From the NCBI GenBank assembly GCA_963768655.1, contig CAVYIM010000006.1:32001-96000 (forward strand): 64,000 nucleotides of DNA, written 5' to 3'. Each line of letters starts with the position of its first letter. Within the stretch, counting starts at the first letter, position 1. Position numbers and translations under genes: made by a program. Origin of the DNA: an uncultured Chloroflexia bacterium (GTDB taxonomy: Bacteria; Chloroflexota; Limnocylindria; Limnocylindrales; CSP1-4). Below, one piece after another: positions 1-10,268 of the stretch. The notes under the pieces were generated by a model. That model saw only the letters and a list, made by a program, of their open reading frames with translations, was not told where the DNA came from and did not search any database.

Positions 1-159
1 GCCGCGATCAAGGAGTGGTCCGGGGTCGGGGCCGACGCCGTGGTGGTCGGCGCCCGAGATCACGTCGAGATCTGGGACCCGGGTCGGTGGGCGAAGTCGC
101 AGCAGGCCGTCAACTCGGCCGACGCGCTCGCCTCGCACCTGACCGGGCTGGGCATCTAG
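1..159 (+). CDS. mraZ: MraZ, C-terminal part (5' end outside the window)
   Basis: Frame 1 reads ...AVVVGARDHVEIWDPGRW...LGI* and lies directly before rsmH. Confidence 0.85.
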   Translation, partial: AAIKEWSGVGADAVVVGARDHVEIWDPGRWAKSQQAVNSADALASHLTGLGI

Positions 160-161
160 CG

Positions 162-1178
162 ATGAACGACAACTTCCGGGATCCGCTCGGGCCGGCTTCC
201 GACGGCGAGTCCGTCGAAGGCTCTCCCGAGGGGGGCGCCGAACGGGAGGTAGGGCACCTGCCGGTGATGGTGGACGAGGTCCTTGAAACACTCGCCGCCA
301 ACGCCGACAGCCTCCAAATCGACGCCACCCTCGGTGGAGCCGGCCATGCCGAGCGGATCCTGGAGGCCAGCGCTCCTGATGGCCGCCTCCTCGGACTCGA
401 CGCCGACGGGGCGGCCATCGCCAGGGCCGGACGCCGCCTGGCACGCTTCGGAGAAAGGGCTGTGCTGCGTCAGGCCAACTTCCGCGATCTGGCACAGGTC
501 GCGCCCGAGGCCGGGTTCGGGGCCGTCGATGGGCTGTTCATGGACCTCGGGCTGTCCAGCTACCAGCTCGCCGACGTCGGCCGCGGCTTCGGATTCCGAG
601 CCGGCGGCCGCCTCGACATGCGCTTCGACACCAGCCACGGGCGGCCCGCCGCGGACCTGCTCGCGACGCTGGACGCGGCCGAGTTGACGGCGCTGTTCCG
701 TAAGTACGGCGAGGAGCCCTTCGCCGGCCGAATCTCCAAGGCGATCGTGGAGGCACGCAGCAAGGCGCCCATCGAGACGGCCGAGCAACTCGCGGCGCTC
801 GTCGGGCGATCCGTGCCGGCCCCGCGCGCTCGCCGGATCCATCCCGCCACGCGCGTCTTTCAGGCACTCCGAATCGCCGTCAACGATGAGCTCGGAGCCC
901 TGGAGGCCGGACTGGCCGCGTCACTGGTGCTGCTGCGGCCGGGCGGCCGCCTCGTGGTCCTGAGCTACCACTCCCTGGAGGACCGCATCGTCAAGCGCTT
1001 CATCGCCGCCGAGCAGCGGGGCTGTGTCTGCCCGCCGCAGGTTCCGATCTGCGTCTGCGGTCGCCGGCCACGACTTCGATCTCTCGGCAGGTCGCGCACA
1101 CCCCGCGCCGCCGAGATCCAATCCAATCCCCGTTCCCGCAGTGCGCGTTTGCGGGGCGCGCAGCGAGTGGCCGCATGA
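162..1178 (+). CDS. rsmH: 16S rRNA m4C1402 methyltransferase
   Basis: Motifs HLPVM, DATLGGAGH, DLGLSSYQL, LDMRF, HPATRVFQALRIAVN and SYHSLEDRIVK; start taken at ATG 162. Confidence 0.96.
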   Translation: MNDNFRDPLGPASDGESVEGSPEGGAEREVGHLPVMVDEVLETLAANADSLQIDATLGGAGHAERILEASAPDGRLLGLDADGAAIARAGRRLARFGERAVLRQANFRDLAQVAPEAGFGAVDGLFMDLGLSSYQLADVGRGFGFRAGGRLDMRFDTSHGRPAADLLATLDAAELTALFRKYGEEPFAGRISKAIVEARSKAPIETAEQLAALVGRSVPAPRARRIHPATRVFQALRIAVNDELGALEAGLAASLVLLRPGGRLVVLSYHSLEDRIVKRFIAAEQRGCVCPPQVPICVCGRRPRLRSLGRSRTPRAAEIQSNPRSRSARLRGAQRVAA

Positions 1179-1203
1179 GCGCCGGCCGGGAAGGCGGAAC
1201 CCG

Positions 1204-1422
1204 ATGAGCAAGCGCCATCAAGCCAGCCGCCGCCGCAGCTACGGCCGCCGCCAGCACGAGTTGCATGAGTGGCACGAGATCCACGAGCGAACGGATCGAC
1301 CCGGCGGCGTCATGGACTGGCTCGGCGAGTCCGAATCTTCACGGACGGGGCACGGCTGGAGCGCCGGGACGGCAGTCCGTGGCGCGGCCGGGGCCTGGCT
1401 GCAGCTTCAAGGGATCGACTAG
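1204..1422 (+). CDS. Small Arg/His-rich hypothetical protein (72 aa)
   Basis: MSKRHQASRRRSYGRRQHELHE...; fills the rsmH-ftsL gap and its stop abuts the next ATG (TAGATG). Confidence 0.6.
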   Translation: MSKRHQASRRRSYGRRQHELHEWHEIHERTDRPGGVMDWLGESESSRTGHGWSAGTAVRGAAGAWLQLQGID

Positions 1423-1818
1423 ATGGCCGTCTATGAAGGCGCTCGGCCGCGCTCCACGTTCCTTCCGCGCCGGCGCCTGGAGGCCCCCCTCCTCCGCCCC
1501 CAGGCACCGGCTCTTCCGCGCCGTCGGTCTCGCGTGGCAATGCGCGCCAACCGGCGTCCACGCACGGTGGGCTTTCTCATCGGCGCGATCGTCGTTGCCT
1601 TCCTGCTGAGCTTCTTCTCACTCGTCCAGACCGTTCGCGTCTCGACCAGTGGCTACGACATGGCCGTGCTCAACGACGACTATCTGCAGCTCCAGAACCA
1701 ACAGCAGCAGATCACCTCCGACATAGATCGAATGGGTCGTCAATCCGCCATCAGCCGCCAGGCGATCGCCGATGGCCTGAGCCAGCTGCCCGCGCCGGTA
1801 ATCATTCCGGCCCGCTAG
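1423..1818 (+). CDS. ftsL: Cell division protein FtsL-like
   Basis: Basic N-terminus, one TM helix, then a coiled coil; lies just before ftsI. Confidence 0.7.
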   Translation: MAVYEGARPRSTFLPRRRLEAPLLRPQAPALPRRRSRVAMRANRRPRTVGFLIGAIVVAFLLSFFSLVQTVRVSTSGYDMAVLNDDYLQLQNQQQQITSDIDRMGRQSAISRQAIADGLSQLPAPVIIPAR

Positions 1819-1830
1819 GAAGCCGGACAG

Positions 1831-3669
1831 ATGCTCGGCCGAACCGACTCTCGGGCCCGCCTCTTCCTGATACTGCTGGTCGTGATCGTCGTCTCGACGG
1901 GCATGACGGCACGCCTGGCGTACTGGCAGATCGACCAGAAACAGACCCTCTCGCAGGCCGCCGCCCAGGGATCGACCTACACGGAGACGACTCCCCAGCT
2001 GCGCGGCACGATCTACGACCGGACCTGCACGATCGTCCTCGCCCAGACCATCATGCTGTACCGGGTCATCGGGGACCCGCATGACCTCACGGATGCCCAG
2101 AAGGTCAGCACCGTCAGCGCCCTGGTCGACTATCTCTCCCTGAGCGACCAGGACGCGGGCAAGGTCCAGGCCGCCATGGCCGGCGACTCCTACTACGTCC
2201 TGCTCGCGACCAACGTGACCGCGGATGTCGTTCAGGAGATGAAGGCCGACCAGGCCGCCGGCGGCCTGCCCGGCATCTCGTTCGAAGAGCAACCGGTCCG
2301 GGTCTACCCGCAGGCAGGCGGGGCGCCGAACACTTCTCTGGCCTCGCAGCTCCTCGGATTCGTGAATGCCGCCGGACAGGGCCAATACGGGATCGAGCAG
2401 GAGTACGACTCGCTGCTCGCCGGGCGGCCGAGCGTGGTCCAGGTCGATCCTACGGACCCGGGACCGAACGGAACTACGGTCATCGATGCGGGGACGCCGG
2501 GTCAGGACATCTGCACGACCATCGACGCCAGCCTGCAGCTCCAGGTCGAGAAGGAAGTCTACGCCGCCTGGGTCGCCGACAAGGCCAAGACCGTCTCCTC
2601 GGTGGTCATGGATCCCAAGACCGGCGAGATCCTGGCGGAGGCGAGCTACCCGGCCTACGACGCCAACAACTACTCGGAGGTCGCCGATCAGGACCCCGAC
2701 CTGTTCAACGACCCGGTCGTTTCCCGTGACTACGAACCTGGATCGGTCTTCAAGATGCTCACGACCACCGCCGCCCTCCAGACGGGGACAACGGAGCTGA
2801 CGACCGAGATCGACGACTACGGCGTCCTCAAGTTGCCCGGCGGCCAGGAAGTCGACGACGCAGACAAGAAGCCCAAGGGCTGGCGGACCTTCGCCTACAT
2901 GGTGGCCTATTCCCGCAACGTCGGCCTCACCCAGGTGGCGTTCCGGCTTGGCAAGACCACTGCCGCCGCCTCCAAGGTGCTGTATCAGACATGGCAGAGC
3001 TACGGCATCGGCCAGAAGACCGGGATCGACGTCGCCGGCGAGGTGGCCGGCACGGCGCGCAACCCGGCCACCAATCCGTGGCAGGAGATCGATCTCGCCA
3101 ACGCCTCGTTCGGCCAGGGCGTGTCGGCGACGCCCATCCAGATCACGCGTGCCTACGCGGCCATGGTCAACGGCGGCACGCTGGTGACGCCTCGAGTCGT
3201 CCTCTCGGATGCCAGGATCGGAGGGTCCGCACCTGTCGCCCAGACCGGGCCGCAGGTGATCAGTGCCAGCCTGTCGAAGACCCTCACCAGCCTGATGGAG
3301 TACGTCGTGACGGTGGTCCCGTCGTACGCCCAGCGCACCTACATCAAGGGCTACTACGTCGGCGGCAAGACCGGCACGGCCCAGATCTGGGACCCGAACC
3401 TCAACGGCGGCCAGGGCGGCTGGAAAGTCGACGACTACAACTACAGCTTCTACGGCTGGGTCGGGCACAGCCAGCCCGACCTGGTCATCGGAACGGTGAT
3501 CTTCCAGGGCACGCCAACGCTCATAAAGCAAGGTGTCCTGGACATGCCAGTCCAGTCCTACGAACTGTTCCGTCGAATAGCGACGGACGCGGTGACCACC
3601 GAGCAGATCCCGCCCAACCCGGACGGGCCGGCGCCACCGGGAACCAGGAAAGCGACGCCGGAGGGATGA
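1831..3669 (+). CDS. ftsI: Class B penicillin-binding protein
   Basis: N-terminal TM, RGTIYDR, YEPGSVFK (SxxK), SRN, KTGTAQ. Confidence 0.93.
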   Translation: MLGRTDSRARLFLILLVVIVVSTGMTARLAYWQIDQKQTLSQAAAQGSTYTETTPQLRGTIYDRTCTIVLAQTIMLYRVIGDPHDLTDAQKVSTVSALVDYLSLSDQDAGKVQAAMAGDSYYVLLATNVTADVVQEMKADQAAGGLPGISFEEQPVRVYPQAGGAPNTSLASQLLGFVNAAGQGQYGIEQEYDSLLAGRPSVVQVDPTDPGPNGTTVIDAGTPGQDICTTIDASLQLQVEKEVYAAWVADKAKTVSSVVMDPKTGEILAEASYPAYDANNYSEVADQDPDLFNDPVVSRDYEPGSVFKMLTTTAALQTGTTELTTEIDDYGVLKLPGGQEVDDADKKPKGWRTFAYMVAYSRNVGLTQVAFRLGKTTAAASKVLYQTWQSYGIGQKTGIDVAGEVAGTARNPATNPWQEIDLANASFGQGVSATPIQITRAYAAMVNGGTLVTPRVVLSDARIGGSAPVAQTGPQVISASLSKTLTSLMEYVVTVVPSYAQRTYIKGYYVGGKTGTAQIWDPNLNGGQGGWKVDDYNYSFYGWVGHSQPDLVIGTVIFQGTPTLIKQGVLDMPVQSYELFRRIATDAVTTEQIPPNPDGPAPPGTRKATPEG

Positions 3670-3716
3670 CGGCCGGATCCGGTACCGAGCGCGGTTGCCT
3701 GTGCGACACTGAAGAA

Positions 3717-5204
3717 GTGACCGATGCCCGCCAACCGGAGGCTCGGCCCGGAGCGGGGCCGATTCCGCTGACCGCGCCCGAGATAGCCGCCGCAACCGAT
3801 GGCCGGCTCGTGCTTGCCTGCGAGCGACCGGTGTCGGGCGTCACGGTCGACTCCCGGCTGGTCCGGCCCGGGAACCTCTTCGTCGCGCTCCCCGGCGAGC
3901 GGACGGACGGCCATCGCTACATCGGCGCTGCTGTGGCGCTCGGCGCGGCCGCCCTCCTCGTCTCCGAGCTCACGGACGGGGATGCCGAGCTGGCCCGCGG
4001 CGCCGCGTCGGCGATCGTGGTCCCCGACACGCTGCTCGGCCTCCACGCCCTGGCCGCGGCCTGGCGACGGCGCTTCTCGCCGCTTGTCGTCGGAGTGACC
4101 GGCAGCATCGCCAAGACGTCCACGAAGGAGGCGATCGCCGCCGTCCTGGGCGAGCGGTTCGTGACCCTGAAGAGTGAGGGGAACGCCAACAACGAAATCG
4201 GCCTGCCTCTCACCGTGCTGCGGCTGGGCCCCGAGCACGAGGCCGTGGTGCTGGAGATGGGGATGTACGTGGGCGGCGAGATCGCCGCGCTGGCGGCCAT
4301 CGCACGTCCGAAGATCGGGGTCGTGACGGCCGTGCGTGAGGTTCATCTCTCGCGCATCGGCTCGATCGAGGCGGTGGAGAAGGCCAAGGGCGAGCTCGTG
4401 GAGGCACTCCCGGCGGACGGAGTGGCGATCCTCAACGCCGACGATCCCCGGGTCGTTCGGATGCGCGACCGCACGGCAGCGCGGGCCCTGACCTACGGCT
4501 TTGCCGCGGAGGCGGACGTGCGGGCCGAGGAAGTCGTCGCCGCAGGCCTCGACGGTATGCGCTTCACGCTGGTCACGCCCGCGGGGCGAGTCCGAACCGC
4601 CACGCCCGCGCTGGGGCGCCACGGCGTCCACAACGGCCTGGCCGCCGCGGCCGTGGGAATCGCCGCCGGCCTGGACCTGGATCTGATCGCCGCCGGGCTC
4701 CGCGCCGGCTGGCAGGCGCCGCACCGAGACCAGATCGTGCGCGTCGGCGGCCTCACGATCCTCGACGATTCGTACAATGCCTCTCCGGCGTCGATGATCG
4801 CCGCGCTCGAGCTGCTGGCGACCCTCCCGGGCCGGCACGTCGCCGTCCTGGGCGAGATGTTGGAGCTCGGCGAGGCGCATGATCGTGGCCACCGCCAGGT
4901 GGGGGCGGCAGCCGCCGGGTTGGCGGACGTCGTAGTGGTGGTGGGCGAAGCGGCGGCCGGAATAGCGGCCGGGGCAGCCTCGCTGGGCGAGGCGGTCGTG
5001 GCCGTGCCGGATCGAGACGCGGCCCTGGCCGTCCTGCGTGAGACGCTCCGGCCGGGTGACGCGGTCCTGGTCAAGGCTTCGCGCGGGGCAGAGCTCGACC
5101 TGATAGTGGATTCGCTGGCGGGAGACCGGGGGAGCTGGGCCGACGGCGCCGAGTCTGGATCCGACGCGGCGGCAATGAGTAGAGCCGTGGAGGCTGACCG
5201 TTGA
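3717..5204 (+). CDS. murF: UDP-MurNAc-tripeptide:D-Ala-D-Ala ligase
   Basis: DSRLV, GVTGSIAKTSTKE, NNEIGLP, DDSYNASP, VLGEMLELG, VLVKASRG; start is GTG 3717 or ATG 3666. Confidence 0.94.
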   Translation: MTDARQPEARPGAGPIPLTAPEIAAATDGRLVLACERPVSGVTVDSRLVRPGNLFVALPGERTDGHRYIGAAVALGAAALLVSELTDGDAELARGAASAIVVPDTLLGLHALAAAWRRRFSPLVVGVTGSIAKTSTKEAIAAVLGERFVTLKSEGNANNEIGLPLTVLRLGPEHEAVVLEMGMYVGGEIAALAAIARPKIGVVTAVREVHLSRIGSIEAVEKAKGELVEALPADGVAILNADDPRVVRMRDRTAARALTYGFAAEADVRAEEVVAAGLDGMRFTLVTPAGRVRTATPALGRHGVHNGLAAAAVGIAAGLDLDLIAAGLRAGWQAPHRDQIVRVGGLTILDDSYNASPASMIAALELLATLPGRHVAVLGEMLELGEAHDRGHRQVGAAAAGLADVVVVVGEAAAGIAAGAASLGEAVVAVPDRDAALAVLRETLRPGDAVLVKASRGAELDLIVDSLAGDRGSWADGAESGSDAAAMSRAVEADR

Positions 5205-6226
5205 ACGATCACGGTCTGGTGTTCATCCAGGGGCTGCTGCTGGCGTTCGCCTGCGTGGTGATCCTGATGCCGCCGTACATCCGGCTGCTGCACTGGCTGG
5301 GCATGGGCAAGAAGATCCGCGAGGAGGGTCCGGGGTCGCACCTGGTCAAGCAGGGGACGCCAACAATGGGCGGCGTCCTGCTGGTGGCCGTCATCCTGTC
5401 CCTGGCCTATGTCTTCGACGCCATGGACGCCTCGACCTATTCGCCGCTGGTGGTGCTTGCGCTCGTCGGCGCGCTCGGCGCCGTGGACGACTTCCTGAAC
5501 GCTCGAACCGGATTCGGCATCAGGGGCCGTCAGAAGATCGTGTGGCAGACGGTCGTGGCCATCGGCGTCGCCATCTACGTCCAGAACCACTTTGGCTTCA
5601 ACGGCTTTCGCATCCCGTTCGTAGGCAACGTCGAGCTGACCCAGACCATCCAGGTCCCGTTCACCGACCGCGGTTTCGAGGTGGGGGCGCTGTTCTTCAT
5701 AGTCGTCGCCGTGATCGCCATCGTCGGTGCCAGCAACGGCGTGAACCTGACCGACGGCCTCGACGGCCTGGCCGGCGGCACCCTTGCCTTCGCGTTCATC
5801 AGCTACCTGATCATCGCCCTCCTGAACGAGCCGGTCGCGCAGCCGAACCTGGCCCTCGTCTGCGCCATCGTGGTCGGCGCGATCCTGGGTTTCCTGTGGT
5901 TCAACGTCCATCCGGCCCAGGTCTTCATGGGCGATTCCGGCGCCCTCTCCCTGGGCGGCATGCTGGCCGTGGTTGCGCTCATCACCGGCCAGGTGATGAT
6001 CCTGCCCTTCATCGGCCTGATCTTCGTCCTGGAGACGGCCTCGGACATCATCCAGGTCGGCAGCTTCAAGCTCCGCCACAAGCGCGTCTTCCGCATGGCG
6101 CCGCTGCACCATCACTTCGAGCTCGGGGGCTGGGACGAGGAGAAGGTGACGATGCGCTTCTGGATCGTGGGCGCGCTGGCGGGCCTGCTCGGGGTGACGC
6201 TGTTCGTCTCCTCGATCCCGAAGTAG
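5201..6226 (+). CDS. mraY: Phospho-MurNAc-pentapeptide transferase
   Basis: KQGTPTMGG, NGVNLTDGLDGL, FMGDSG, APLHHHFEL. Confidence 0.96.
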   Translation: MNDHGLVFIQGLLLAFACVVILMPPYIRLLHWLGMGKKIREEGPGSHLVKQGTPTMGGVLLVAVILSLAYVFDAMDASTYSPLVVLALVGALGAVDDFLNARTGFGIRGRQKIVWQTVVAIGVAIYVQNHFGFNGFRIPFVGNVELTQTIQVPFTDRGFEVGALFFIVVAVIAIVGASNGVNLTDGLDGLAGGTLAFAFISYLIIALLNEPVAQPNLALVCAIVVGAILGFLWFNVHPAQVFMGDSGALSLGGMLAVVALITGQVMILPFIGLIFVLETASDIIQVGSFKLRHKRVFRMAPLHHHFELGGWDEEKVTMRFWIVGALAGLLGVTLFVSSIPK

Positions 6227-6233
6227 GCAGGCC

Positions 6234-7862
6234 ATGAAGCGACGCATCGTCGATCTCGATCACCTGACCGCCGCCGGCGTACGAGACGGCGCGCTCGACC
6301 GGCGGTCGGTCACGGTACTCGGGCTGGCCCGCAGCGGGATCGCCATGGCGCGCTTCTTCGCCGATGCCGGCGCCCGCGTGACGGTCTACGACGGCAGAAC
6401 GGCCGACGACCTGCGATCGGCGATCGAAGCCCTTGGCGGGCGACGGATCGATCTTGTCCTCGGGCCCGATGTCGAGCCGGCCGCCGCATGGGCATCGGCC
6501 GATCTGGTCGCGACCTCCCCGAGCATCAACCCGGACTTTCCGACGGCCGAGCCACGCCTGAGGGCCGCGCTCGCCGCGCTGGTCGAAGCCCACCGAGCCG
6601 ATCCCCGCGGGGCGCCCGCGCTGGTGAGCGAGCCCGACCTCGTCCTCCGCATGTGTCCCTGCCCGACCGTCGGGGTCAGCGGCACGAAGGGCAAGACGAC
6701 CACCTCGTCGCTGATCGCGGCGCTGCTGGCCCAGGATTCTGCGCACCCGGCGATCCTGGGCGGAAACATCGGGATCCCGCTCGTCGAGCGGTTGACCGAG
6801 CTCACGCCCGAACACCGGGTCGTCATCGAGCTGTCCGAGCTGCAGCTGCCGACTCTCTCCCGTGGGACGACGGTGGCCGTGTTCACGAACGTCACTTCGG
6901 ATCATCTCGACCGCCACGGCTCCGTCGCTGCCTACCGGGCGGTGAAGCGGCGCCTCGCCGAGCTGGTCGATCCTGCCGGCGCACTGGTACTGAACGCCGA
7001 GGACCCGGTCGTGGCCGCGTTCGCCGAGCTGCGCACGGCCCCGGTCGTCTGGTACCGGCGCGAGCGGCCGCTGCCGGGTGGCGTGGGCGTCGAAGACGGT
7101 TGGATCGTGGCCGCGGGCGTGGAGCGGCTACCCCTCGCCGGCGGCGGCGCCGCGCCGCTGGGGCGGAGCGGCCGGATCATGCCGATCTCCGAGCTCGCGA
7201 TCCCCGGCGACCACAACGTCTCCAATGCGCTCGCCGCGGTCGCCGTGGCGCTCCTTTTCGGCCTCTCCGACGAGACGATCCGGCCCGCCGCCGCCGCATT
7301 CGCCGGCGTGGAGCACCGCCTCGAGCAGGTCGCCACCGTGAACGGCGTGCGCTTCATCAACGATTCACAGGGGACGCAGCCGGACGCCGTCATCGCCGCG
7401 CTACGGGCGTTCCCGCGGCCGCTCGTTCTGATCGCCGGCGGGCGCGACAAGGGCGTCGATCTGTCCGGTCTGGGCCCGGTCGCTGCGGAGAGGGCTGACG
7501 CGGCCGTCTTGATCGGCGAGTCGGGACCGTCGCTGGCCGAGCTCTTCCGCAAGAGCGGCGTGGCACGCGTGGAGCAGGTGGCCAGTCTTGCCGAAGCCGT
7601 CGAGCTGGCGGATGCGATCGCCCGCCAGGCGCTGGCGGCGCGCACGGCACGACCGCCGCTGGGCGTTCCGGGCGGCAAGGGCGAGGCCGGTGCCAGGGCC
7701 GTCGCCGACGCCAGGGCCGCGGCGGGGCCCGCGACCGTGCTGCTGAGTCCGGCCGCGGCCAGCTTCGACATGTTCGCCGACTATGCCGCCCGGGGCGCCG
7801 CCTTCCGAGCCGCTGTGGAAGGCATCGCCAGACGTCGGGGGCAGGGGGGATTGCGTCGATGA
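6234..7862 (+). CDS. murD: UDP-MurNAc-L-Ala:D-Glu ligase
   Basis: GLARSG, GTKGKTTT, ELSELQL, DHLDRH, EHRLE, LSPAAASFDMF. Confidence 0.95.
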   Translation: MKRRIVDLDHLTAAGVRDGALDRRSVTVLGLARSGIAMARFFADAGARVTVYDGRTADDLRSAIEALGGRRIDLVLGPDVEPAAAWASADLVATSPSINPDFPTAEPRLRAALAALVEAHRADPRGAPALVSEPDLVLRMCPCPTVGVSGTKGKTTTSSLIAALLAQDSAHPAILGGNIGIPLVERLTELTPEHRVVIELSELQLPTLSRGTTVAVFTNVTSDHLDRHGSVAAYRAVKRRLAELVDPAGALVLNAEDPVVAAFAELRTAPVVWYRRERPLPGGVGVEDGWIVAAGVERLPLAGGGAAPLGRSGRIMPISELAIPGDHNVSNALAAVAVALLFGLSDETIRPAAAAFAGVEHRLEQVATVNGVRFINDSQGTQPDAVIAALRAFPRPLVLIAGGRDKGVDLSGLGPVAAERADAAVLIGESGPSLAELFRKSGVARVEQVASLAEAVELADAIARQALAARTARPPLGVPGGKGEAGARAVADARAAAGPATVLLSPAAASFDMFADYAARGAAFRAAVEGIARRRGQGGLRR

Positions 7863-9211
7863 GGGATCTCGGCGCGGTTTCGCTCGGCAGCCACGAGACA
7901 GTGGAGATGGAACGGCTCAGTCGGGCCGGCGGCAGGAGATCCGGCGCCCGGGACCTGCCGGTTCGACCGCCGGCAGTTCGACCGAATGCACTCGAACCGA
8001 AGGGCGGCCCCAGGCGAGAGCTCCACGATCCGGATTGGGTGATCGCCGTTGCCGTCACCGCCCTGGCGGCGGTCGGCATCCTGATGGTCTACTCGGCCTC
8101 GGCCATCGATTCGTACGCGAACACACAGAACACCTTCCAGCTGGTGGTGCCCCAGATCGGGGCCGGCCTGGCCGGAATGGCGACCATGATCGTCCTTGCC
8201 CGCATCGACTATCGGTACCTGCGCAAGGTCAGCCTCCTGCTGGCCGTCGCGGCCCTGGCACTGCTGATCGCCGTCCTGAGCCCGAAGATCGGAGTCTCGT
8301 CCGGCAGCGCGTCGCGCTGGATTCAGCTCGGCCCGTTCTTCGAGATCCATCCGGCGGAGATCGCCAAGCTCGCCCTGGTCGTCTACCTCTCGCACTGGCT
8401 GGCGACGCGCGGTACCCAGATCAGGAGTTTCTTCCACGGCACGGTGCCGTACTGGATCATCGTCGTGCCGTTCGCGTTTCTGATCTCGCGCGAGCCCGAC
8501 ATCGGGACGACCAGCATCATCGTGCTCATCGCGCTGCTGCTCTTCTTCGTGGCGGGCTGCAACATCTTCCACCTGGCGATGGCGCTGGCAGGCGGTGTGG
8601 CGGGCGGCGTGGTCCTGGTGCTTTCTCTCGGCTCCTACCCGCTGGCGCGGATCCAGGCTTTCCTCGACCCGTGGTCCGCCCCGCTTGGGACCGGGGACCA
8701 GACCATCAAGGGCCTGGAGGCGCTTGCCGCCGGTGGGCTCTTCGGCACCGGCCTGGGCAACGATCGAGTGCCCGTGCCCCAGGACTACAACGACTTCATC
8801 TTCTCGGTCATAGCCCAGGAACTGGGATTCGTGGGCGGCCTGGTCGTCATCGCATTGTTCGTGGCACTGGCCTGGGCCGGGATCCGGACCGCGCTTCGGG
8901 CACCGGATACCTTTGGCGGTCTGCTGGCAGCCGGGATCACGGCCTGGATCTGCTTCCAGGCGATCGTCAACATCTGCGTCGTGCTGGCGCTGGTTCCGGT
9001 AACCGGCATAACCCTGCCGTTCGTGTCCCAGGGCGGCTCGTCGCTCGTGGTGAGCTTCGCCGGGGTGGGGATCCTGCTGTCCATCTCTCGTGAGACCGTG
9101 GAGCGAGGTTGGGTCAATGCGTCTGCTGATCGCGGGCGGGGGTACGGGAGGACATATCTACCCGGCTCTCGCGGTGGCTCGATCGTTGCAGGCCCGACCG
9201 GCCGCGCCTGA
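7859..9211 (+). CDS. ftsW: SEDS peptidoglycan glycosyltransferase
   Basis: Multi-TM protein with MVYSAS, RWIQLG, PAEIAK, DFIFSVIAQELG, GITLPFVSQGGSS. Confidence 0.93.
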   Translation: MRDLGAVSLGSHETVEMERLSRAGGRRSGARDLPVRPPAVRPNALEPKGGPRRELHDPDWVIAVAVTALAAVGILMVYSASAIDSYANTQNTFQLVVPQIGAGLAGMATMIVLARIDYRYLRKVSLLLAVAALALLIAVLSPKIGVSSGSASRWIQLGPFFEIHPAEIAKLALVVYLSHWLATRGTQIRSFFHGTVPYWIIVVPFAFLISREPDIGTTSIIVLIALLLFFVAGCNIFHLAMALAGGVAGGVVLVLSLGSYPLARIQAFLDPWSAPLGTGDQTIKGLEALAAGGLFGTGLGNDRVPVPQDYNDFIFSVIAQELGFVGGLVVIALFVALAWAGIRTALRAPDTFGGLLAAGITAWICFQAIVNICVVLALVPVTGITLPFVSQGGSSLVVSFAGVGILLSISRETVERGWVNASADRGRGYGRTYLPGSRGGSIVAGPTGRA

Positions 9212-10268
9212 GCTGGCCTGGATCGGCGGCCATCGCGGCCTGGAGTCCCAGGTCGTGCCGGAGACCGGGATCCCGCTCCGGCGTCTGGCTCTGCGCTCGC
9301 TTCGGACGGTCGACCTCGACGTGCACGCCGTTCTGGATCCGATCCGGCTGTGCGTGTCGATGCCGCAGGCGGTGGCGCTGCTGATCGCGCGGCGCCCGGC
9401 GGCCATCTTCACGACCGGCGGATACGTGGCCCTGCCGGTACTGGTCGGGGCAGGGCTGCTCCGCATCCCGGTGGTCATGTGGGACGGCAACGTCTGCCCG
9501 GGGCGGAGCGTCCGCTGGACGGCTCGGATGGCCCGCTGCCTGACGGTCAGCTTCGAAGCGACTTGCCGGGCCATCGGCGGGCGGAAACCCTGCTTTCTGA
9601 CCGGGACGCCGATCCGAAACCCCGGCGCGGTGGATCGCGCCGCCGCCCGTGGCCAGCTGGGCGTGGGGCCGGACGAGCGACTGTTGTTGATCTTCGGCGG
9701 GTCGCAGGCGGTGCGGCGGTTCAATCTGGCGGTGGTCGAAGCCCTGCCGAGGCTCGTCGAGAAGGCGCGAGTCCTGCACGTGACCGGCGATGCCGGGTTC
9801 GATGCGGCGGTCAGCGCGCGAGCCGCGCTGCCGCCGGAGATGCGCGACCGATACCGCCCGGAGCGCTTCCTGCGCGACGAGATGACCACGGCCCTGGCGG
9901 CGGCCGACCTGGTCGTGGGGCGGGCGGGTTCCTCGACGCTGGCGGAGGTGGCGGCCTTTGGCCTGCCGATGGTCGTCGTCCCGTATCCGCATGCCGCGGG
10001 CCATCAGCGCCACAACGCGGAGGAGATGGTTCGCGCCGGTGCGGCGCGCCTCGTGGAGGACGAGGCCTTCGACGCGGAGGCTCTCCTGGCCGCCGCCGCC
10101 ATCCTCGACGATCCCGCGCAACGGGCCGCGATGGCGGCGGCCGCCGGGTCGCTGGCAAGGCCCGGGGCGGCGGAGGCAGTCGCGGAGCTGGTGATGGCGG
10201 CCGCGGAGCGGCGCCGTTTCCCGGATCCGGCGGCGCTCGACGCCGTCTCTCGGGGAGTGGCCCCGTGA
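9117..10268 (+). CDS. murG: Lipid II GlcNAc transferase
   Basis: GGGTGGHIYPALA, GGSQA, GRAGSST; ATG at 9117. Confidence 0.96.
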   Translation: MRLLIAGGGTGGHIYPALAVARSLQARPAAPELAWIGGHRGLESQVVPETGIPLRRLALRSLRTVDLDVHAVLDPIRLCVSMPQAVALLIARRPAAIFTTGGYVALPVLVGAGLLRIPVVMWDGNVCPGRSVRWTARMARCLTVSFEATCRAIGGRKPCFLTGTPIRNPGAVDRAAARGQLGVGPDERLLLIFGGSQAVRRFNLAVVEALPRLVEKARVLHVTGDAGFDAAVSARAALPPEMRDRYRPERFLRDEMTTALAAADLVVGRAGSSTLAEVAAFGLPMVVVPYPHAAGHQRHNAEEMVRAGAARLVEDEAFDAEALLAAAAILDDPAQRAAMAAAAGSLARPGAAEAVAELVMAAAERRRFPDPAALDAVSRGVAP

